DNA of 63,993 nt, filler included, from Octopus bimaculoides (GCF_001194135.2; 5 parts of 5 records of this genome joined end to end with filler, not necessarily neighbours in it); one strand, 5' to 3'. Numbered from the whole stretch's first letter, positions 40,685 through 52,971 are shown. The notes: a model not told the origin generated them from the letters alone. Made by a program: numbers and translations.

Positions 40685-41429
40685 CGAGGACATAGAAAAG
40701 TACGACTGACCCGAATATGGACATTTCTAGAAATATTCACATACTGAATTTATGAAATTTAGTTTTAGAGTATATACTCGATACACAAACACAAATGGAC
40801 GGTGCGAAGAAATTAATTGATAGACGTTTGTAATTAATTTTGTGATTAATTTAAAAAACAAAACAGTAACAACATTTACAAGCAGGTGTGCCATTACAAA
40901 TATAGTGTAAGGGACATAACTAGGAAAACATTTTGAAAAACGAAATTACAAAAATTCATTTGATAATTTAAATTAGTATATCTAATGTAGCGATTAGAAT
41001 ATATTGATTAAAAATGTATAATTGAACTATGACAAACATTTATTGATTAATTTTAATATATCAAAAACTATAATATATGAGATGTTTGCATGTTAAACAA
41101 TATCATTTGTATCCTCGTGGTGCCGAGGCCAGATTCAGTGACAATGAGAGACACATTGGGCAAATGATTTTTAATATAACCCCGGGTCAATTAGTACTTC
41201 GAAAATGATTTTATAAGACGTAAACTGTGGGGAAACTCGTGTGGTTATGTAGCACCTTGCTCAAATATATCCCATTGCAGCCCCCAATCGACTAAATTTG
41301 TGGGTCGGATCGTTTGATAGAAACTGAAGAAATCAAATTTATTGGCAGGTGAAGAGCACAATGTTAAAAAATTAATAAAACAGTTATTGTTAGATACAGT
41401 TTATACATAGTCGCCACAGTTGTCCAGAG

Positions 41430-41715
41430 CCTCTTTGAACAGGGGAATCGTGGGCAGTTGAATGATATATTGTGGTAGCTAGTTCCATGGGACTGCGATA
41501 TGGACGGAGAATGCGGCCTTCCGCCTGATGAGTCGAAAGTGTGGGAGATAGTGTTTGCGATCATGCCCACGAAGACCTCTACCCAGCACACAGGTGAAAA
41601 ACTCCGCAAATAGTAGGTTTACCTTCCCATTGAAGATGTTGAAAGCGAGGATCAGATCTCTCTGCATCCTCCGTCGTTGGAGTGATGGTAATGCCAGCCT
41701 TTAGAGACGTTCCTC
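41430..41715 (-). mobile_element. CR1 LINE 3' end relic
   Basis: QRDLILAFNIFNG...LRGHDRK...RRKAAFSVHIAVPWN matches the CR1 ORF2 C-terminus. Confidence 0.8.
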
Positions 41716-41739
41716 ATACATAAGCCCGCAACCTTACAC

Positions 41740-41778
<39 letters not shown>

Positions 41779-42071
41779 TGTGTGTGTGTGCGTGCGTGCG
41801 CGCGTGCGTACACATGTAAGTCCAGGTGATCAATTTGTTCGCATAAAATATTTCAAGGTGTTGCAGGAGCATGGCCGCAGTCAAATGATTCAAAGAAGTA
41901 AAAGAATATATATGTGTGTATGTGTATGTGTGTGTGAGGCATTGGTATCCAGAAGACCCAAGATGGCAGGTAACGCTATGCAAGTGCTATGGAAGCACCG
42001 TAGTTAAACACTCGGTTCGATAATGATAGAAGTGAGGAGTTTAATACGGGTCTTGTATGAGCGTGGATATG

Positions 42072-42166
42072 TTAAATAAAATGAGACAACAAAGCCAAGG
42101 CTGTGCGGAATTTTCAGGACACTTATATTCCATACAGCCTTGGCTTTGCTGTCTCATTTTCTTTAA
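42072..42166. other. Long near-perfect hairpin (about 40-bp arms, 15-nt loop)
   Basis: TTAAATAAAATGAGACAACAAAGCCAAGGCTGTGCGGAAT versus the reverse complement of 42127-42166; 4 mismatches. Confidence 0.9.
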
Positions 42167-42221
42167 TACACACAGACAAACACACACACATACATACATA
42201 CATACATACATACATACATGC

Positions 42222-42252
<31 letters not shown>

Positions 42253-43084
42253 ATAGAATTGTCAGGTAGTGTTTTCTTGATCTATTATTTGAAAAATGTA
42301 ATTCGTAAGATTTGGAAAGGTTTGAGTAATAAAATTTTGGAACGTTAATCTTCTAAACGTCCACTAAGCAACCAATAATCCTTCATAAAAGTGTTGAACT
42401 GTGTGTGAGTGCGTGTTTACGTATGAGTGTATGTGTGTATGTGTGTATGTGTACGTATTTAATAATATATGTACATATACATAAGTATACATAACATGTG
42501 TGTGTGTTTGTGTGAGTACGTATGTATAGATGCATGGACATATACTTCTATATATGTCTGTATTCTTTCGATTAATATTAAGGCTTGTGTATAATCATGC
42601 AATTTTGCTCAATATCTAATGAACTAAAAGATATTACGATGAATAAAATATGATATTTTTATCTTTTCACACATTTCCTTATCTTTATTTGTCTGAAAGT
42701 GCGTCAGATAAGAAGAATGCAAAGTGATAAATTATTATAGATAATCATTAAATTAAATAGATAAGCCTATCAGGGCATCAGTTAAAGAATACATAAGGAA
42801 CCGTGATCGATTTCTTAGCCAGCAAATGCTTTATACGTATCTCATACACAATGTTACTCTTTACTCCATCTTATCTGTGTTTTCGATAAACCCTGAGTTG
42901 ATGGTAAGACTAAATATTAACCCTACTACTACTACTATTTCTACTACTACTACTACTAGTAGTAGTAGTAGTAGTAGTAGTAGTAATTCTGCTCCTCGCC
43001 CTCCTACTAATCCTGTTGTAGGCGTTACTAATTCTACAACTTTTAATAGTGCAGCAACCATTACTACAGCAAATATTATTCTTT

Positions 43085-43680
43085 TCTACTCTGGGCACAA
43101 GGCCCGTAATTTTTTTTTTTTTGGGGGGGGGGGAGGTGGCAAGCCGATTAGATCGACCCCAATACGCAACTGGTACTTAATTTATCGACCCCCGAAAGGA
43201 AGAAAGGCAAAGTCGACCACGGCGGAATTTGAACGTAAAGACCGACGAAATACCGCTAAGCATTTTGCCCGGTGTGCTAACGTTTTTGCCAGCTTGTCGC
43301 CTTACAACAAATATTAATATTAACACTTCTAATATCCATAATGATCCATAAGATAATAATGATCTTTTTTACTATAGGTACAAGGCCTCAAACTTGAGGA
43401 GGAGGACAGTCGATTACATCGAAACAAATACTCAACCATAAATTAATTCATCGACCCCGAAAGTATGAAAGGCAAGGTCGACTTCGGCTTAGCTTGAACT
43501 CAGAACGTAAAGACGGACGCATAACGGTCATAATCCGCTCAAATAAAGGCTCAAAGCCTGATATATGGTGGGAGGGGAACAGTCGATTACATCGACTCCA
43601 GTGCTCAACTGCCACTTAATTCATCGACCCCCGAAAGGATGGAAGGCAAGGCCGACCTCGGTGGAATTTGAACTTAGTCC
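43085..43680 (-). mobile_element. Three tandem SINE family B copies
   Basis: ATCGACCCCGAAAG...AAAGTCGAC repeats at about 43185, 43450 and 43625. Confidence 0.85.
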
Positions 43681-44295
43681 ATAAGGATAATAATCAACAG
43701 CTTTAACACGACACATATTGATAATGTCGAGCCATACCAGATATATGTTTGTGTCAGTGTATCTCTTCATATGCTGGGATATGTGTGTGTATAAATGAAC
43801 CGTTGAATGCACTTTTAGTCAATTACTCGTACACATACATATATACACACACACACACACGTACACACACACTTACATACAAACAGACACCTACAATTTC
43901 ACGCAAATACATACACACCTATGTGTATGTATATATATTCACATGTATGAGTAGTATGCATGAGTGTATTCGTACTTATATGATAATTATGTATGTATAA
44001 ATGTATGCATATATGTATGTGTGCATATGTGTATGCATGTATGTATGTATATATACATATATGTATGTATGCATGTATGTATGTTTGTATGCATGTATAT
44101 ATGAATATATACATAAATGCATATATGTATGTATGCATGTATGTATGTACACATGTATGTATGTATTTATACATGTATGTATGTATGAATGTATACATGT
44201 ATGTATGTATATATGTAAGTATGTATGTATTATCAGAGCAGAACATTTGAGAGGAATTCAAATAAACGCGCAGCTGATAAGACACAAAATGGCGT

Positions 44296-44411
44296 CATTG
44301 CCCTGATGAGGCAAATACAGGTGAAGAATTCTTGTAAAATTCTACTACACTTTCTTTGTTTTTTGTTTTTCCTTATTTCGTATTCCATAGAAATTTGCCG
44401 ATGAAACTAAT
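44296..44411 (+). ncRNA. Degenerate hammerhead-like motif with a long helix-II insert
   Basis: CTGATGA at 44303-44309; GGCAAAT (44310) pairs with ATTTGCC (44393); GAAAC at 44403 is displaced by 3 nt; the 3' strand of helix I is mostly missing. Confidence 0.4.
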
Positions 44412-44810
44412 GTTCTTAGTGTTCACAAGTTAGTGATACTGTCGCAATTGTTTTGTTGCTTTGATATCTTTTGGGTTCATTCTTCTTGCTTTGTTCTTTT
44501 TTTTTTGTTCGTTTTGTTTTCATTTTCATGGATGTTTATTGTTCCCAGCAGGTGATAGATTCTGTTATAATAAAGTACATCCTCTACTTATCAACATCAT
44601 GCAGCTAAAACGAATTCTTTTTTTTTATCTCTGTATGCGTGTATGTCTCTTAGTTCACACACACTCTCCCTCTTTCTCTCTCTCTCTTGCACTCTGTCTT
44701 TCTCTCTCTCTTTCCCTTGCGTGTGTGTGCATATATACGTGTGTGTGCGTGTGTATAAATCAATATATATATGCGCACATACACATAATTACATACGTGT
44801 ATACATATAC

Positions 44811-44842
<32 letters not shown>

Positions 44843-45437
44843 ATACAGACAGATAGTAAGAGAGAAGAAGAGAGGGAGAGTTATAGTAAAAGCATTTTTA
44901 CGTTAATCTGATGGGTTATTCTGTACTTTTGAAGAGTACAAATTTATTATTTTTTAAACAAGAATGTCTTTGTCAGAGACTTCCAAATCAGTATTTGGAA
45001 ATCACATTCAACAACATTCTTGTTTTTAAGAATAATATATAGATCGATGGAAAAAGCAGTATTTATGTAAATATAAATTTGTTAGTATATGTGTGCGACT
45101 CTGTTTCTATGTGTGTGTACTCGTGTATGTGTGATTGTGTGCACATGTGTATGTGTGTGTGTATGTATGCGTGTGTAACGTCGTGTAGGCGTGTATTAAT
45201 GTATGTTTTTATAATGAAAACTTTTTCTTTAAAAAATAATTACGAAAAACATGATAAAATTTTGATATATGAATTCTGAGGCGGAAATTGTTCAAACAGT
45301 AACTTCGAAGTTTCGCCTTCAGCCAGCTTCCCTAGAAATTTTAGCAAAACCGAAACTCTGTAAAATTGAAATCATATTTATACTTTGGTGAAGTATGCAC
45401 ATATATACATATATAAATATTTATATACACACACACA

Positions 45438-45493
<56 letters not shown>

Positions 45494-45519
45494 NNNNNNN
45501 NNNNNNNNNNNNNNNNNNN

Positions 45520-45564
<45 letters not shown>

Positions 45565-45610
45565 TATACACACATTCATATATATGCATGTATGTATGTA
45601 AGACTGTTTA

Positions 45611-45646
<36 letters not shown>

Positions 45647-46428
45647 TATATGTATGTATATGCATATTTATATATATTTAAACAGACCAAAGAAAGAAGC
45701 ATACATACACGAAATGGCATTAGCTATAGTGGGATGAATTTTATAGCGCGTTCATTTAGTTCTGATTCACTTAAAGTTCGGAAGGTGTTGATCTGCATCT
45801 AGGAATTGAGATAGTCAGCGTTAGCGTAAAGAGAATTTGAAATTTCAAGGTGAGAATATCTCGGCTTCTACTGGGTGTTTGTATTTCTTTTTGTATACGT
45901 GTATAAGTGGCTACGCGCATAATTATTTATGCATTTAATTATGCATATATAAATACGCTTCATACATGAATTTATGTATATATATATAAATATGTATGCA
46001 GGCAAACAGCAAACATTATGTATATAAATACAACTATAATCATATATAGATTGATACATCTTTGTCTCTCTTTCTCTCTCTCCATTTATACGTATATATA
46101 TATATATATATATATATATACTGCTCAATGTGTGCATGTGCGCGATTATGTGTGTGTGTGTGTGTGAGTGTGTGTGTGNNNNNNNNNNNNNNNNNNNNNN
46201 NNNNNNNNNNNNNNNNNNNNNNNNNNNNNNNNNNNNNNNNNNNNNNNNNNNNNNNNNNNNNNNNNNNNNNNNNNNNNNNNNNNNNNNNNNNNNNNNNNNN
46301 NNNNNNNNNNNNNNNNNNNNNNNNNNNNNNNNNNNNNNNNNNNNNNNNNNNNNNNNNNNNNNNNNNNNNNNNNNNNNNAAACATCGTTCAAAAACTGCAA
46401 ACGATTTATCCAGTGTCGCATTTCAGAA

Positions 46429-46477
<49 letters not shown>

Positions 46478-47009
46478 AAAAATCTAAAACAAAATGTTGT
46501 TGGAATTCTTGCATATCACAAAAAGACAAAGCAGAACGAACGGAGACACATGGGATAAAGATTCATTGAAGAGGTCTCAGGATGTGTGACGAAATAGCTT
46601 TGACAAAGAAGCAATGTAGTAAAGTTGAAGTAAGCATGAATAAAACCAAACATATACTATGACTATCCCCACGTATAACAACATCTTGCATATTTTGTTT
46701 TCTGTAATTTCAACCTATTCATGATATATCTTTGCTTTTGTCTAGACTTGTCCCCAAGTCTTCAATTGACATATTGATGCCTAGCGTAGCACAGAATATT
46801 TCACTATATATTTCGGGTGAGTAATAAGTTAACGAATATTATTTTTAGCTTCTGTTTTTCAGTCTTGCTGGAGGTGTTCTCTTGTTTAAATATCTTATTC
46901 ACAAAACTTATTGAACAAAAATTCTTTTTTACTAGAATGAATGAATTTTTTTTTCTTTCTGTATATAAATGAAATTCATTCGATCAATAAACTACAAACT
47001 GCGCAGAAA

Positions 47010-47287
47010 ACTATGTTTATCGTGTTCAATAATATATTGTTGATATTACCTATTTCCAGGTCAGCTACGCTCGATTATAGAATGATGACATCTCTTCCAT
47101 CTATGACAATCCTGTCTTAATTTTTCAGACATAGTGAATCTAGTACTTCAATACCAAATATCTCCTTTCATTTGTGAGGCGGCAGATTGCAATTTTGGAG
47201 ACATATTCTTGTGATACCCCAAGCTAGTCGAACGATTTTAAAATCTCTCTTTAATAGTTCATCTAGCAACTATAAAAGAATCATATA
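47010..47287 (+). repeat. Old direct duplication; partner at 49339-49612
   Basis: About 275 bp, roughly 85% identical by eye. Confidence 0.9.
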
Positions 47288-47376
47288 GCGTAGTGGTTAA
47301 GAGCGCGGGCTACTAACCCCAAGATTTCGAGTTCGATTCCAAGCAGTGACCTGAATAATAATAATAATAATAATAA
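47286..47376 (+). mobile_element. Short tRNA-only SINE with (AAT)n tail
   Basis: TAGCGTAGTGG A box, GTTCGATTCC B box, then (AAT)n. Confidence 0.75.
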
Positions 47377-47401
47377 TTATTATTATTATTATTATTATTA
47401 T

Positions 47402-48568
47402 CAATGAAGGTAGCCACAAATGGCCTAGACACCTATCTGAAAAACTCTGAGGACTGGATGCTAAAACTTGTCTTAAAACATGAAAGCAAGAAAGCATCTT
47501 ACTCAGTAACAAAACAGACAAAGGACTATCTAAGTGAATTCCAATTGCAACAAACTCAAGAATTAGACGAACTAGAAACACCTGCAGNNNNNNNNNNNNN
47601 NNNNNNNNNNNNNNNNNNNNNNNNNNNNNNNNNNNNNNNNNNNNNNNNNNNNNNNNNNNNNNNNNNNNNNNNNNNNNNNNNNNNNNNNNNNNNNNNNNNN
47701 NNNNNNNNNNNNNNNNNNNNNNNNNNNNNNNNNNNNNNNNNNNNNNNNNNNNNNNNNNNNNNNNNNNNNNNNNNNNNNNNNNNNNNNNNNNNNNNNNNNN
47801 NNNNNNNNNNNNNNNNNNNNNNNNNNNNNNNNNNNNNNNNNNNNNNNNNNNNNNNNNNNNNNNNNNNNNNNNNNNNNNNNNNNNNNNNNNNNNNNNNNNN
47901 NNNNNNNNNNNNNNNNNNNNNNNNNNNNNNNNNNNNNNNNNNNNNNNNNNNNNNNNNNNNNNNNNNNNNNNNNNNNNNNNNNNNNNNNNNNNNNNNNNNN
48001 NNNNNNNNNNNNNNNNNNNNNNNNNNNNNNNNNNNNNNNNNNNNNNNNNNNNNNNNNNNNNNNNNNNNNNNNNNNNNNNNNNNNNNNNNNNNNNNNNNNN
48101 NNNNNNNNNNNNNNNNNNNNNNNNNNNNNNNNNNNNNNNNNNNNNNNNNNNNNNNNNNNNNNNNNNNNNNNNNNNNNNNNNNNNNNNNNNNNNNNNNNNN
48201 NNNNNNNNNNNNNNNNNNNNNNNNNNNNNNNNNNNNNNNNNNNNNNNNNNNNNNNNNNNNNNNNNNNNNNNNNNNNNNNNNNNNNNNNNNNNNNNNNNNN
48301 NNNNNNNNNNNNNNNNNNNNNNNNNNNNNNNNNNNNNNNNNNNNNNNNNNNNNNNNNNNNNNNNNNNNNNNNNNNNNNNNNNNNNNNNNNNNNNNNNNNN
48401 NNNNNNNNNTCACTTGAACAAAACCGTACAAATCCAAATATATGATACCCTAGGCATAACACCTACATGAACTTCTAACTTGTTGTCTCTTGAGGTCTCT
48501 GGGTGAGACTTGGATCCAACTTGTACAAATGCAAAACAAAAGTCAAACATAAAATAATAATAATAATA
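47402..48568 (+). mobile_element. 5'-truncated R4/Dong-like non-LTR retrotransposon, mostly in a gap, flanked by (TTA)n/(TAA)n
   Basis: KVATNGLDTYLKNSEDWMLKLVLKHE resembles the post-RT region of R4-clade ORFs; 3' end terminates in (TAA)n. Confidence 0.6.
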
Positions 48569-49127
48569 ACATGCCCTGACGCAGTACCAGGCAGTGACTC
48601 TCATGGCTTCTGATCTTAACTGATTGGAAGTGTTATCATGTACATTGTTTTGTCTTGGTATAAAAAGATGGGCTACAGCAAATATTCTGCTTAGTACCAC
48701 AGATTTGCTTGTCAGTTGTTTGACCTTAACCAGTTGAGCATGTCCCTTGGTGGCTGACGATATGTGCATCTCTGATCATGAGCAGAAGTAGTGGGGGAGC
48801 ATTATAGCCATGTGTTGAGAGGAATTCTTTGGGGTTTGAATAATTCACCTTTGGAAACATGGGTGTTTTGCTCAACATCCTTAAACGAACCTTATTGAAG
48901 GACCTTTTGAGTGGGATGGGCTACTCGACGTGAAGAACCTTCTAACTGGGCCCCACCTGCGAGGTCATGCGCTGTTTATCTTGATATGAGACCGCTATGT
49001 CTCGCACATATGGTTGTGATGCATGTGCCTGGTGTACCCTTATCAGACGGGTAGTCATGATGGGTATAATGGGCTTCGTATATTTTACCCCAGTGTCACT
49101 TTGATGGCATGCACTGCTCTCTCACAC

Positions 49128-49165
<38 letters not shown>
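48569..49165. mobile_element. About 560-bp non-coding element bounded by (TAA)n on both sides
   Basis: Sharp microsatellite boundaries. Recalled as a common octopus repeat; class uncertain. Confidence 0.5.
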
Positions 49166-49167
<2 letters not shown>

Positions 49168-49335
49168 TCGAAAAATACCTTAGGAATGAGAACCTAGGTT
49201 CGAAATTTCCACAAGATACCTGAAGGCTGGAGGGTATATCAGCCGAAACGTTGTGTTGACAACAAACACGATGAGGACAAATATCCGTCAAATGTAAATA
49301 ACGTACATAATTCTTCATCTCTTAAATATAGAACT
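49165..49335 (+). mobile_element. Penelope-like short element carrying a damaged hammerhead motif (49215-49257)
   Basis: GATAC-CTGAAGGCTG...CAGCC-GAAAC-GTT-GTGTT; palindromic AACGTT helix III. Confidence 0.55.
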
Positions 49336-50290
49336 GAATTTTTATCGTGTTCAATAGTATATTGTTGAAGTTACGCTTTTCCAGGTCAGCTACGCTCGAA
49401 TATACAACGATCACATCTATTCCGTCTATGATATTCCTGTCTTAATTTTTCAGACATACTGAAACTAATACTTCAATATCAAATACCTCCTTTCATTTGT
49501 GAGGCGGCAGATTGCAATTTCGGAGACATATTTTTGTGATACCCGAAGCTAGCCGAACGGTTCTAAAATTTATCTTAATAGTTCATCCAGTAACCATAAA
49601 AGAATCATACATACTTCTTATAGCGTTCACGATTAACTATCAACTTCTTTCAACAATATCTAATTCATCTTTAATTATAAGAAAACTACTATCCAGCTAC
49701 CTTTCCAAGAAACATTTCATCCCTATTTTCTAACTACTATGTGTATTTCGATTTTCTTTTTCTCACCTGTCTTCCAGCTATATTTTGATTAGAATGTATT
49801 GATATCTCTGAAATGTAGATAACAAGATACATTATGTTAACGTTAGTTTAAATGATAAACTTTTGGTATTTAATCTAAATTTCTCATCAGTTGCCGCCAA
49901 TAATACATATTGTATTTCTGCAATTACTGCTTTTTTGTGTTTACTTTGTTTATTTTTTTGTACCTTTTTCACTCTGGTTTTGATTGCAGTGTTTCTTGTT
50001 TTTTTTTTGTATTTGTATTTTGTTTTTTCGTTTAATTTTTATGTTAATGTTCTTTGTTTTGAGTTATTGTTGCTATTACTCTATTACAAGTTGTCATCTC
50101 TATTGCTCTGGAGATTATTATCATTACGACTATATCTCGAATTGAATGTGTTGCTGACGCAGCAGTTTCTAGTAGATTTTCACTCAGGAATGCAAACCGC
50201 TGGAAAAGAGGCAACTGGAAAAAAAAAGTATTTTCGGAATTCCGTTCACAAACACTCACAATTTCATGTGTATGTTTTACATGTGTGTGG

Positions 50291-50323
<33 letters not shown>

Positions 50324-51565
50324 TGTGTGTGAGTGTGAGTGTATGTGCATATGTATGCGCGTGTGTGTGTATGTATATGTATATATTTATACATATATAT
50401 ATACATATATATATATATATACATACATATATATATATATATATCCGTTCGTGTGCTGTGTTTTTTGAGCGTGCGTGAATATCTACGCGCATGGATATGC
50501 GAGTGAGTGTATGTGCGTGTCTACTCTCCTTTCATCATTCTGTATCCTTATCACTTACATCATCTGCGATTCTTGTAAGCCTTTTTGTTTTTAGGGCATC
50601 ACGGAATAATTCATTTTTGCGTTACGTAGGATTCTGTGGAAAATAATGTTGTTATTGTTGTTGCTGTTCTCATTGTTTTTGTGTCTCGGCACCGTCATTG
50701 TCACGCTCATTTTCGTGGTTGCTATAACTGCACTTCCTGATTTCATTGTTGTCTTCTAGACCAGATAAGTGTCGATTGCATAACCTTATTATCAAAGTAT
50801 GTTCTGTTCTGACCATTTTGGCATTTTTCTACTCTAAAGAATATATTACCCTACATGTCCTTCCGTTGCTAACATAGCAGCGTTTGATTTAATAAAGATG
50901 CGGCTACTATTTCAAGCAGGCCGTGTGTCCGCATTTATGAGGTTGATTTGTTAGTGCTCACTACAGCCGTTTCCTAATAATAAACGAAGAGTACATATAT
51001 GTGCGAATTATTAGTATTCTGAAGTACCTTATTCTCGCTATTATTGAGTTGCAGGTGAACATCAATTGTGATTACCGATAACCACACATATTTTCGCTAT
51101 GCTGGTCCCGTCTTTTCTACCAACATGTTTTGGACTTCTTTATGGTAAAATGGTATGTCTCATTTCCGATGCTAGTGTTAATGTGTCTCGCAGTTCACAT
51201 CACCAATTTGCATCTTGAGTACTTTTAGCGGAATCCTCTGTGATACAGTCATTCGGACCGGGTTGTCGATTTGAAAATACTCTCCATTGAGCCCTCAAAT
51301 CCCAGAAACTTTACAAATTGTCAATTTTATTTTAGTAAGCAGTACATTTCATCCCGAAGAAAAGATAAAAAGAAACGGTCTTATCTGTGGAAGAATTGGC
51401 TGTTATTTCTGTTACATCGAACAACAAAATATAAACTCACGTAGATTAACCAAAGCACAGTGTATTCAAAGCACAATGTATTCAACTAAAACCTACAAAG
51501 CATAGACGACGAAATACAATTAAAATAATAAAAGAACTGATCCTGAGAGTCCAGGAAAAAGAATT

Positions 51566-51655
51566 AACATCCGGTGATATTTCATACTGATTTCAAACAT
51601 ACGGTGATATTTAATACTGGTTTCAAACATCCGGTGATATTTAATACTGATATCA
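51566..51655. repeat. 3 x 30-bp tandem repeat
   Basis: AACATCCGGTGATATTTAATACTGATTTCA-like unit at 51566, 51596 and 51626. Confidence 0.92.
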
Positions 51656-51659
51656 ACTT

Positions 51660-51830
51660 ATGGCTCAAGGCCGCCAATTTCGAGAGAGCGGATAAGTCAG
51701 TTAGGTCGAAACCACACCACCCCACCAGTATTCCACTGGTACTCGTATTATCGAACCCGAAATGATAAAGACGGACGAAATAGCGCTGAGCATTTTGTCC
51801 AGAATTCTCACGATTCAGCCAGCCCACCAC
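51660..51830 (-). mobile_element. SINE family B fragment
   Basis: CTGGTACTCGTATTATCGAACCCGAAA...GACGAAATAGCGCTGAGCATTTTG. Confidence 0.7.
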
Positions 51831-52754
51831 CTCGATAATAGCTAATATTTACAGGAGATCATAGATATTCATGGTGTTCTGTAGTCCTTTAAACTTCTAC
51901 AATATATGATTGATATGTATTCTATGGGAACAGGTAAGATAAAAAAAAAACGTATCAACAACTGCAGGATGCATTTTACAAGAATTCTTCCTCGATGCAA
52001 AAAAGGAAAGCAATTGTTTCCATAGAAAGGCGAAAAAATGATGACAAATTTAAGTGAGCTGTCCTTCCATAGATGCTCTTTTGAAAACTAATATTCTAGC
52101 AATTAATATTCAAAAACAATTAACACCTCGTTTACTTTGATGATGAGTTCATCAGTCGCCGAAAGCACAGTCTCGGAAATGTATTATATATATATATATN
52201 NNNNNNNNNNNNNNNNNNNNNNNNNNNNNNNNNNNNNNNNNNNTTAATTAATTAANNNNNNNNNNNNNNNNNNNNNNNNNNNNNNNNNNNNNNNNNNNNT
52301 GGTGTGTGCGTACGAGTAGATGTAATCGCCTTACCTCGGTTTTCCTTTTGTCGACTGCGAGTCTGTCTTGCGGTATCCAATCCTTGAAGCTTGCCCCGAC
52401 CCAAAGAACACCAGGAATAGCAGCTGCTTCTCCCAAACCTAGACCGTCACTAGACACGTCTTGTCCTGTCCGCGACCCCGTTCGAAAGAGGGCACGAATC
52501 CCGATCGAGGCTCCCTCTGCCCTTTTTCCTCTTCCGGTCAACTCGCCCTTTCGGTCAGCCTCCCTAGACACTGACGTCATACCACACATACTAGCACGCG
52601 CGCAAATTTTGAAGCGGTCAGATATTCGGCTTTAAGCTTGAGAAACTTTCTTCTGAGCGCTATGTCCGGTCCAACGGCAAGCTAAGTAGAATATTAATTT
52701 GTCTTACTTTATTTTATTCAGTTATCCTGACCTTTTGATTATGGAGTAAAACTG

Positions 52755-52971
52755 ACAACAAAATATGCAGTATTTCGTTTTTGGATTTGGTTTGCAAGAT
52801 TTTTTATGTGATTTTGTGTGTTGAAGCATATTCTGTTGTGTCTGGGGAGAGTCATTTTCTTATTGTGCCTTAAAATTTAACACACTCAGTGGAAATTTTA
52901 CCGGTGAGTGTGTTAAATTTCAAGGCACAATAAGAAAATGACTCTCCCCAGACACAACAAAATATGCAGTA
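52755..52971. mobile_element. Short insertion with a 63-bp fold-back and an 18-bp direct flanking repeat
   Basis: Arms 52826-52888 and 52905-52967 (2 mismatches); ACAACAAAATATGCAGTA at 52755 and 52954. Confidence 0.88.

Noticed and set aside
41520-41545. CTGATGAGTCGAAAG as a hammerhead core
   Set aside because: There is no room for helix II and no helix I or III; it is the antisense of CR1 codons (FRLIRR).
43899-44306. ORFs rich in YI/CV/HT/LS dipeptides throughout the window
   Set aside because: These are translations of (AT)n, (GT)n, (CT)n and (TATG)n microsatellites.
47286-47355. tRNA gene (also the SINE heads at 8500-8566, 9060, 37125 and 63400)
   Set aside because: A and B boxes are present, but there is no closed cloverleaf or oligo-T terminator, and they continue into SINE bodies or tails.
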